This document shows, piece after piece, positions 51,328 through 59,700 of a stretch of DNA of 64,000 bases; within the stretch, counting starts at the first letter, position 1; every line of letters begins with the position of its first letter. The stretch covers positions 32,001-96,000 of IMG/VR virus record IMGVR_UViG_3300022213_000237. One strand, given 5' to 3'. The notes under the pieces were generated by a model. It saw only the letters and a list, made by a program, of their open reading frames with translations. It was not told the origin of the DNA and searched no databases. A program made the position numbers and the translations under genes. The DNA is from a virus.

Positions 51328-52584
51328 TCAACGGCGTTTCGGGTTTGTGAAACCAAGCTCCTCGTCTTTGGGTTGCCACACAATAGATACATTCTCTTTT
51401 GCTCTAGTCACGGCAGTATAAATCCATCTTCTACCTTCTAGCGTGAAGGGTTGGACCGAGCGCTCAATGACCACGAGCACGTCGCTATATTCCGAGCCCT
51501 GACACTTATGCGCAGTCAACGTGTATCCGAACGAACAATGCAAATACGGAATGTCTCTACCGATTTTGAAGTTACTTACTAATTCTAGGGCGGCGATTCC
51601 TACGTTTTCGCATCGACCAAAGACTGCTTGCGGTGATAGCGAGCACTCTTGGCCCTCAACAAGTCCGACACCAAACGACGAAGAAGTTTCCTGCTGCTTC
51701 CAGTGGTCCCAGACCTTCCACTGCTGGCCGGGGCTGCGCTTCCATTCGTCGAATCGCAGTACTTCGCCATTGAAGCGCTGTAACTGATAGCTGTTGCGCA
51801 ATACCAACAAAGGCTCGCCGTCGTGTAGACTTCGGTCACTTAATTTTTTGTGCTCGCGAATTCTTCGGTTGAGTTCGAGGCGGGAGCTGTTGCGATGACA
51901 AATAGCTACCCCATTTTTAGGTAATATCTCTAAATGCTTTTCCAGCATTTTATCTGTCGAAACTCGGGGCAGCTCCATGACGGCATCAAGGACGTTGCCT
52001 TCTCGTAGTCTCGCTCCCGCACGAATAATAGGGCTTTCTAGCGCTTGGCGTGTAATTTCGGTCAAATCGGATTGAAGGTCGAAGGTGAAGTCCGGAAGGA
52101 GCAGACCAAATGGTTCACTGCTGTCGGTTTGAACCGGTGGCAATTGGAAAGAGTCTCCGACGCAAAGAATATGGCAGTCCAAATTCTTGGCCACGTCAAC
52201 AATATCTTCCCACACTTGAAGACCTACCATCGAAGCTTCTTCTACGACTATCAGACCGCTGTCGGGACGTTCGATATCGTCAACCCCCTTGCGTTGATAA
52301 CGTATTTCGCCAGACAGTGGATCTTGCTTGGGAAGATAGATGAAGCTGTGAATTGTTCGAGCCGGTAGTCCCGTAGCTTCTGTAACACGTACGGAAGCTT
52401 TACCCGTGGGAGCAATGATAGCCATTTCGCCAATTTCGTGCCCGAAGACCCGAATCATGGACGTCTTTCCTGTGCCAGCGGGTCCGCGTAAGACCCCAAT
52501 TTTAGGACGGTCGTGAGGAAGCTTTACGAGCTTCTTGACCATGGCCAGAGCTTCGTGTTGGCCCTTTGTTAGCTCGAAACTCAT
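51328..52584 (-). CDS. SF1 RecD2/Dda-like helicase
   Basis: GPAGTGKT, APTGKA, TIHS, EEASMV, GDSFQLPP, EITRQ, TAHKCQGSEY, YTAVTRA. Confidence 0.9.
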   Translation of the reverse strand: MSFELTKGQHEALAMVKKLVKLPHDRPKIGVLRGPAGTGKTSMIRVFGHEIGEMAIIAPTGKASVRVTEATGLPARTIHSFIYLPKQDPLSGEIRYQRKGVDDIERPDSGLIVVEEASMVGLQVWEDIVDVAKNLDCHILCVGDSFQLPPVQTDSSEPFGLLLPDFTFDLQSDLTEITRQALESPIIRAGARLREGNVLDAVMELPRVSTDKMLEKHLEILPKNGVAICHRNSSRLELNRRIREHKKLSDRSLHDGEPLLVLRNSYQLQRFNGEVLRFDEWKRSPGQQWKVWDHWKQQETSSSFGVGLVEGQECSLSPQAVFGRCENVGIAALELVSNFKIGRDIPYLHCSFGYTLTAHKCQGSEYSDVLVVIERSVQPFTLEGRRWIYTAVTRAKENVSIVWQPKDEELGFTNPKRR

Positions 52585-52733
52585 AGATCTACCCAGACAG
52601 GGTGACCGCAACGAGCACAGTTGAAGTCTTCTGGATCTTCATTAAGGTAATGACCTCTAAAGAGGCAAATCAAACGGCGCCAAAGGCTAAATGAGGTGGC
52701 TTCTTCCACCACCCCATTTAGCAGTTAGATCGT

Positions 52734-53714
52734 TCACGCGATACGCGTCATTTGCATCACGGTCTGGAACGCTTGAGCCTTCATGGCCACTCCGGAACCA
52801 AACCAGGCGGAGGTAGCGCGAGTAGATTCTGCGGTAGCGTCATTGAAGGTACGGGTGCCGCGCTCGTAGTCAACGAACTCAACGACGGCGTTCAGTCCTG
52901 CCCAAGCCGTCCCGACTATGCCTGATTCCTGGTGACCGCGACCTTGAGTAAACAGTTCCACCACTTTCTCGCGATTGGATTCAGTCCTTCCCGACAGCTC
53001 TTTCGTTTCCCCGCTTTCATCTACTTTATTGGGGAACACCGTGGCGGCAAGTTCCTTCATCTGATTATCAGAGAATGGGGTCCGCGCCATCTTGTCGGCG
53101 AGAATCTCGAATTGAGAGTAATAGCTGTTGGCCGCGCCCAGTGACTTGCGAGCCTCATTTAGCTTATTCATTCCCTTCACGGTGTGACGGATTGCAACCG
53201 ATTCGCGAAAGCGATTCATCACGGCCCGGATTTGGTTAGAGCAATACAGGCGGAAGGGTGAGAACAGGGACCGGTACATCTGGCTTCCATCGTGTGAATT
53301 GATGATGGTGAGAAACTTGGCGACTTCGTCACCCGTGGGTCCGATTTTCATCCTCCCAGGTAATTCAAGCGAGAAGAAGGTGGCTGCGCCGCCATTAAAG
53401 GTGCCGGCTCGAATCATCTTGCACCCGCCTTCGTTCACAAAGTCTTCGACGATAGCCAGTGCGTCACGGTTCTGGAACGGTTGGTACTTGGCGCCGACAA
53501 TACCTAGGGGTGCAAGCGTGTCGGTGCGGACGATGGTTTTGAAGTCTGGAACCTCGACAATACGGTCTCCGACCATGGTTTGCACCGGGCCGGGCGCCAC
53601 ATTCCAGTCGAGTCCAGCCATACTTATAGCCGTTTGAAAGTCCCCGGCTTTGCTGATGTCTTTACCAAAGCCGCCTAAGCGGGGTCCAAGTTGGGTGAGA
53701 GTTTGCTTCTGCAT
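52734..53714 (-). CDS. DUF932-family phage protein
   Basis: AGLDWNV, YQPFQN, NSHDGS, RLYCSN, IRHT, TAWAGLNAVVEFVD. Confidence 0.85.
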   Translation of the reverse strand: MQKQTLTQLGPRLGGFGKDISKAGDFQTAISMAGLDWNVAPGPVQTMVGDRIVEVPDFKTIVRTDTLAPLGIVGAKYQPFQNRDALAIVEDFVNEGGCKMIRAGTFNGGAATFFSLELPGRMKIGPTGDEVAKFLTIINSHDGSQMYRSLFSPFRLYCSNQIRAVMNRFRESVAIRHTVKGMNKLNEARKSLGAANSYYSQFEILADKMARTPFSDNQMKELAATVFPNKVDESGETKELSGRTESNREKVVELFTQGRGHQESGIVGTAWAGLNAVVEFVDYERGTRTFNDATAESTRATSAWFGSGVAMKAQAFQTVMQMTRIA

Positions 53715-53812
53715 TGTGTTCTCCTATTTTGCTGCGGTTGATGTTCCTACTTATACAGTACCGTTTAAGTGCTGTCAAGTGGATTGTTTTAACCGTGCAA
53801 TATAGAAGTAAC

Positions 53813-54118
53813 TTAGCGGCCCGAGGGAGTCTCTGGATCCGGCATTAAAGCTTGTTGTTTTTTGACTGTGGGTTTCGGTGGAGACTCTTCTTGTGGCCCG
53901 TTTTTAGCCGACATCCATTTGACGGCGGCGTTCCCTGAAACGTACAGACCAGCGGCGCCAAGCAGGAACATAAACAACTCTGCCAGAGTCACAGCCAAAG
54001 CAGGATATTTGGCCGTAAGTAACCACGCACCTAGACCTAAAATCATGACGATGTACGCCATGACGAGCTTCCTGCTCTTGTATCCACCGTCTCTTCGGTC
54101 CATTTTTATGATGTCCAA
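53813..54118 (-). CDS. Holin-like two-TM membrane protein
   Basis: KSRKL followed by two TM segments and a charged tail; in an AATCTA-driven operon. Confidence 0.5.
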   Translation of the reverse strand: MDIIKMDRRDGGYKSRKLVMAYIVMILGLGAWLLTAKYPALAVTLAELFMFLLGAAGLYVSGNAAVKWMSAKNGPQEESPPKPTVKKQQALMPDPETPSGR

Positions 54119-54462
54119 CCCACGAGCTTCGCGATACTGGCCGCAATGCCAACCAAGACACCTATGAAGGTCATAATTTTTGCGATTGCTCCCACCACAG
54201 CCACATGAGTGGAGATGGGTTTGACCTCGCTTCGAATTTGTTCGAGATGTTGTTCTACTTCGTGACGAAAGGCGTCAAAATGTTGACTGACTTCGGAACG
54301 GTGCTGTTCAAGATTTGCTTCCTGAGTGTCAGACCTTTTGATATGATGTTCGAGCTGAACCGCTTGTCGACCTAGCGTCTTGTCTACACTAGCAAGATGC
54401 TCTGACTGTTTGTCGATTTTAGCTTCTAGGCGGATAACGATGTCTTTGAGCGGGCTCTTCAT
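54106..54462 (-). CDS. Coiled-coil protein with C-terminal TM (XhlA/holin-associated type)
   Basis: Heptad repeats then a hydrophobic C-terminus. Confidence 0.5.
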   Translation of the reverse strand: MKSPLKDIVIRLEAKIDKQSEHLASVDKTLGRQAVQLEHHIKRSDTQEANLEQHRSEVSQHFDAFRHEVEQHLEQIRSEVKPISTHVAVVGAIAKIMTFIGVLVGIAASIAKLVGWTS

Positions 54463-54475
54463 CGGCTACCTCCCC

Positions 54476-54781
54476 TTAGAACCAATTCCAGGTACGAGCG
54501 TACATGTCGGTTTGTTCGTTCTGGGTGAGCATCGCGTTCTGAGCCACGGTGTACGCACTGCAATTGTAGAGCGATAGGAGGCTCTCGAGTCGGACAGTTA
54601 GAACCGTAGCGGAAACGATTTCATCGATAATCAATTCCACGGCATCGGTGTTGTCGTCTCTCAAAAAAACACGGGCACCCTTACGAAATCCAGCAGTTGA
54701 AGCAAAAGTTAATCGACCGTTTGATCCGCCATCAACGCTTAATGCTGTACTCTGATAAGGGGTTTGAAGATCTGTCGCCAT
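54476..54781 (-). CDS. Small virion protein, short paralog of 17816..18463
   Basis: MATDLQ.PY...QTDMYARTW.WF shared; AATCTA at 54820-54825 on -. Confidence 0.7.
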   Translation of the reverse strand: MATDLQTPYQSTALSVDGGSNGRLTFASTAGFRKGARVFLRDDNTDAVELIIDEIVSATVLTVRLESLLSLYNCSAYTVAQNAMLTQNEQTDMYARTWNWF

Positions 54782-54847
54782 AGAGAGCCTAACTCCGGTG
54801 AGTTACAATTGTCACCGTGTAGATTACCGCTCTCCAATTTTGCTCAA

Positions 54848-55348
54848 TTACCGGCGTTTCAGGCCGCGTTTCTTCTTAAGTTTAAGCGCCTTGGGTGCAT
54901 CAGGACCCAAAGTCTTCTGGAGTTCAGTTCGTACCAATCCAGGAACGATGTCGAGCCCTTTAGTCAGAGTCTTTTTAGCCTCATGTCGCGCCACGATCCC
55001 AATTTGATTGGCTATTTTAGCTTCCTGCATGAACTTCTCATCTTCGTCAATCCTGTCTGTCTTTTGATGAAGTTGCGATTCAATGCCCAATAATTTATTG
55101 GCCTGGTCAACAGAGTGGGCGTGAAGTCCGTTCACTCTACCCTCCAGCACCACCAGCTGGCCGCGCATTTCCCCAATACGTTGCCCCAATGACCCGAAAA
55201 GTTGAATAATTTGGTCGATCTTTGCGACTTCGTCTGCGTCCCGCGCTTTGCGGGAACAGTAATTTGGGAAAATTTTCATCAACAAACGGGACTTGACGCC
55301 AAGCATTAAATTGAAGAGATTAAGGATAAAAAGTTTGATTTTAGTCAT
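54848..55348 (-). CDS. Coiled-coil hypothetical protein
   Basis: GATC 19 nt upstream of ATG. Confidence 0.55.
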   Translation of the reverse strand: MTKIKLFILNLFNLMLGVKSRLLMKIFPNYCSRKARDADEVAKIDQIIQLFGSLGQRIGEMRGQLVVLEGRVNGLHAHSVDQANKLLGIESQLHQKTDRIDEDEKFMQEAKIANQIGIVARHEAKKTLTKGLDIVPGLVRTELQKTLGPDAPKALKLKKKRGLKRR

Positions 55349-55369
55349 AGACTCTAATTAGCTGGGAGA

Positions 55370-55933
55370 TCATGTTTGTTGGTCAGTTACTGATGCGGTG
55401 CTCCAATAGTCTTCTCCAAACCATATTTTCCACTCAGCGGGCATCCACGGCTTGTAGCGTAGGCCCTTACGGAAATTCTCTGGAAGACTGTCGGGTTTGA
55501 TTGGTTTGGAACGCAGTCTCATTCCCGCTTCTTGTGGTGTGCGGTCTCTCTTTTTGCCGTTACACTCTACACAGGCAACAACTATGTTGTCCCAAGTTGT
55601 TTTGCCGCCACGAGATTTTGGGATAACGTGGTCGTAAGTGTAGGTGGATCGAGGTACATCTCGTCCGCAGTACTGACACTTCCCAAAATCTCGAGCCCAT
55701 ATGTGGTCTCGTGAAAATTTGAGTGCTTTCTTTTTGGTCTTGCTAAACTTCACGTGGCGAACCACCGAGGGCATACGGTGAGTGGCGTTAGCCGACCGCA
55801 CCACCCTGTCTTCGTAAGTGGATATTATTTCTACTCGTTCCGAGGCCTGCTCCGAATAGAGCTTAATGAATGCGTCTTTCCAGGATACGATATTTACAGG
55901 CTGATAGGCGCTGTTAAGCACTAACACGTCCAC
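55370..55933 (-). CDS. HNH endonuclease (McrA-like)
   Basis: VLVLNSAYQP, RDFGKCQYCG, DHVIPKSRGG, NIVVACVECN. Confidence 0.9.
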   Translation of the reverse strand: MDVLVLNSAYQPVNIVSWKDAFIKLYSEQASERVEIISTYEDRVVRSANATHRMPSVVRHVKFSKTKKKALKFSRDHIWARDFGKCQYCGRDVPRSTYTYDHVIPKSRGGKTTWDNIVVACVECNGKKRDRTPQEAGMRLRSKPIKPDSLPENFRKGLRYKPWMPAEWKIWFGEDYWSTASVTDQQT

Positions 55934-55975
55934 GACGCAACGCCCTTTCTTGAGTGTGTATCCAGGTTTAGTAGC

Positions 55976-56236
55976 TTATTGATCTATAATCAATTCGTAG
56001 GTGCTATTTTCTGTATTGAATACGATTCGTTGTCCGTTATGTGAAGTGATTTGCTTCACTGGAGAGGTTACCACGACACGAGCCCCTACTCCCGTCAGAG
56101 GCTGATCATTAGCCAGTTGAAATGGCCAACCCACTTTTGGTTCGATCAAAAACGAACCACGCACAGAAGCGGTTCGCAACGGGTTGGCGCTTTTGGCTTC
56201 GGTGATGTTCCCGAGCTTGGTGAGTGTGCCAATCAT
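55976..56236 (-). CDS. Hypothetical protein
   Basis: TSPV...FNTENSTYEL phage motif. Confidence 0.55.
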   Translation of the reverse strand: MIGTLTKLGNITEAKSANPLRTASVRGSFLIEPKVGWPFQLANDQPLTGVGARVVVTSPVKQITSHNGQRIVFNTENSTYELIIDQ

Positions 56237-56688
56237 TTGGTGCCGCTGCTCCCGAATCCGCCAGAACCTCTTTGAGTATCAGAGAGTTCCACAACTTCTT
56301 CGACAATGGGCTGAATCACGGGCGCGATCACCAACTGGGCGATTCTATCTCCATCAGAAATAACAACCGGTTCTGTTCCAGTATTCTGAAGGATTACGCA
56401 TACTTCGCCTCTGTAATCGCTATCGATGGTGCCGGGACTGTTGAGAACCATCAGACCTACCTTGAGAGCTAGACCGCTACGCGACCGCACCTGCGCCTCG
56501 TAGCCTGGTGGGATTTCGATGGCGATGCCAGTGGGGATAAGAGCGCGGTTAAAGGCTCTTATCTTCACCTCTTCGTATAAATTTGCGTGAAGGTCCATCC
56601 CCGCGCTACCAGGAGTAGCGTATTGGGGGATTTTGGCTTTTTCTGTCAAGCGTTTAATCTTTACTATGGGTCGTGTATTTATTGTCAT
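56233..56688 (-). CDS. dut: Trimeric dUTPase
   Basis: AGMDL, RSGLA, GTIDSDYRGE, RIAQL, RGSGGFGSSG. Confidence 0.95.
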   Translation of the reverse strand: MTINTRPIVKIKRLTEKAKIPQYATPGSAGMDLHANLYEEVKIRAFNRALIPTGIAIEIPPGYEAQVRSRSGLALKVGLMVLNSPGTIDSDYRGEVCVILQNTGTEPVVISDGDRIAQLVIAPVIQPIVEEVVELSDTQRGSGGFGSSGTK

Positions 56689-56785
56689 ATTTTATCCACT
56701 GGCACTTCATATCGGATTGATCTACCAAGCATAATCTTGAATACGTGGAAGGTGTGCAAAACCCACCACATACTAAGGATAATTC

Positions 56786-59700
56786 ATGGCAGGCGAAATC
56801 CCCACTCCCAGATCTTACCAGAGTCTCCTTGGAGATATGATTGATGGCTTTTTGAGCCGTTTCGGTCTTCGAGGCTTACGTGTTGGCGGCCCGATTTTAA
56901 GTATTCTGGAAGACGCGGCCCAAAGCGATTTGCGCGGTTCCCAAGATATCTTTAATCTGCTAGACGCCACAGACATTGACAGAGCCACAGGCTTAGCGCT
57001 GGACCGTAAAGCACTGGACGAAGACCTGTCTCGTTTTCCCATAAAGGCGTCGACCGGTTTTTTAACCATCATCGACAATTCTTTTACCAAAATTTCGTCC
57101 AAAGTTTACCCCGGTGCGGCAGCACCTAATGCCGGTACGACTGTCCTGAAGGTATCTGATGCCTCGGACTTTCCATCCACGGGTCAAGTCTATATTGGTC
57201 GCAATACTTCAAATTTTGAAGGTCCACTTTCGTATACGTCACCAGTTGCAGCCGGTACTTATTGGACCATCACTCTGACGAGCCCCACACTCAGATTCCA
57301 TGATGTGAATGAGACCGTGACCGTGGCTCAGGGCGGTGACCGCGTGGTCGCTGCAGGTACCATCGTACGAACATCACTCAATAATGTGGGGCCGAGCGTA
57401 AACTACAGCATCACGAACCCCGCAACCCTAGTAGACGGCGAAACCGAAATCGATGGGGTATCAATTATTTGTCAACAGCCGGGTACGATTGGCAACGTCA
57501 TTGCCGGCGCAATCAGCGAATTCTCCTCGCCCCCATTTGTGGGTGCTACCTGTACTAACCCTTTACCTATCGACAACGGCCAACCCACGGAAAACGACAA
57601 TTCGTTACGTGAACGTATTAAGGCCACGCGCCAATCACGCGCACGAGGAACTCCGTTAGCTCTCATTACTAACGCAAAAGGAGTTGTTGCCCCAGACGAA
57701 AACAAATCTGTCGTTAGCGCCAACGTGTTTCAGCCCGAAGGCGAGCCCGCGATTTTGTTTATTGATGACGGTACGGGATACGAAGAAGTCGATGAGTCTG
57801 TGGCTCTGGACGTTATCGTCGACGAGGCCTTGGGTGGTGAACAATACCTTAAGCTTTCTACCACGCTGCTACCCGTTACTCAAGCATTTGTCACCTCCAC
57901 TAGCACTACACCGTTTGCGATATCGCCTGGAGCCAAATTGGCGATCAAAGTAGCCGGTGTTTTATCCGAACATACTTTTGAAAACAGCGAGTTCAGGAAT
58001 ATATCCAACGCCACCGCTTACGAAGTAGTTTCGGCAATTAACGGCGACCCGGATCTACTATTCTCTGCTCGTACTGCCAACAATGGGACCAAAGTAGTTT
58101 TATTTGCGCGTACTGACAGTAACGAAGACATTGAAGTTGTAACGCCTGATACCGGTATTGACGCCAACACGTATTTCAATTATCCGGTAGGTACTAATTA
58201 TACTTTGCGTCTTTACAAGAACGACCAGCTTCTTTTCAAAGACGGCAAGACCGCAATCGTAGTTTCTGCGCCACAAAGCAATTGGAGCCCTACCATAGCC
58301 TCTGGAGTTTACCTCAAGCTTAAGGTCGATAGTACACCTGCAATGGTCTACAAAATTGTAGACGCGGATTTTATTAACGCAGGCACTGCATACACGACCG
58401 TCGATAAAGACAACTCCCTTGAATCCTGGGCAAGCGTTCTGAATTCTAGAATACCTGGCATTGATTGCACGGTATCCGCTGGACGTTTGCAACTTGTATC
58501 AAACCGTGGAGCTTCTGGCGTTGCAGCCATCACCATTAGTCAACCCTCAGGCGGTGACAAGGATACCGATGGCGTAACCGTAGTTAACCCATCCAACAAC
58601 TTAGTCCAGAAGGGAGTGTTTACCAGCACCATTGGCTTGACGGCCTCTGGTCGTAACAACGACTACACCCTTAATCGTAATACTGGTGAACTTAAGCTTT
58701 CGGTACCTCTCGCCGAAGATGATGTCCTTTCTGCGGGCACGCTCTTCACGCGCGCATACATCCAAAGCGATGAAATCGCGTCTGGTGTTATTACGTTGGC
58801 CTCAAACGCTAACCTGTTTTTTGTCGTAGATGGGGACGCGTCTATCGTTTCGACGGGTTTGACGGCAGCAACGGAGCTGGATTTGACTAACCCCGCAGGA
58901 GAAAGAAGGCGTTATGCTACCAATCCAAGCGTGGCAATTTTTCAAAACGTTCAGGTTGGCGACTGGCTAGCCTTATGGGACCCCGCGTTTACTGTTCGCG
59001 GGGCGTGGCGCGTTTCTTTTGTTGACCCCGCGTTCACGTATTTTGAAGTCGAACGCAACGTCGCTCACGTAAACGAACTCGGAATCGCCCCCGCTGCTAA
59101 CGGCATGGTGTTTGTTCGTACAGCCGCGCCACTACAACAAGTTGTTGTTTCGTCAGGCGCTAATCGCTTGCTTTCGTCCATTGCGACAGACATTACTGAT
59201 GGTCTAGAAGGCGCCACCGCCTCAGCATATCGTTCCACTTATTTGCGAGTGACAACCGACACCTTTGGATCCAACGGTTCTATTTTCCTCGCTACCGCCG
59301 ATACCGTGGGTCAACAGCTTCTGCTGCCTCGTGGTACTTTGAAGGTGAACTCAACTAACCATCTACCCGCAATAGAATCGGCAAATCGCGAGGCGGGAAC
59401 CCCTAATTTTACTCTGGGTACTATTAGTACGTTGCCTGGCACTCTAGGAACTCAACTAACCCAAGCTGGCGCCACGCTCGATATCGGTGGTCTAATTTAT
59501 TGGCCCCGCCGTCTTTATGGCACAAACGGTGGTTTTGGTAATCTGGTAGACCAGTGGACTCCAATTGATAGTGTCGCTGCGGGTACATACGATTTACGTA
59601 AAACCATGGCCGGTGCCGCGCTCAGCGATCCAATCATTTCGGTTTCTCCATACTCTATAAGCTACGAAGATAACTTAAGCGTCATCCTCGACAGGCAAGA

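Noticed and set aside
18410-54529. Diversity-generating retroelement TR/VR pair
   Set aside because: The five mismatches are not adenine-specific, both copies are coding, and no reverse transcriptase is present in the window.
55370-55933. HNH as a mobile intron/intein homing element
   Set aside because: Free-standing gene; flanking genes are uninterrupted and show no splice or intein motifs.
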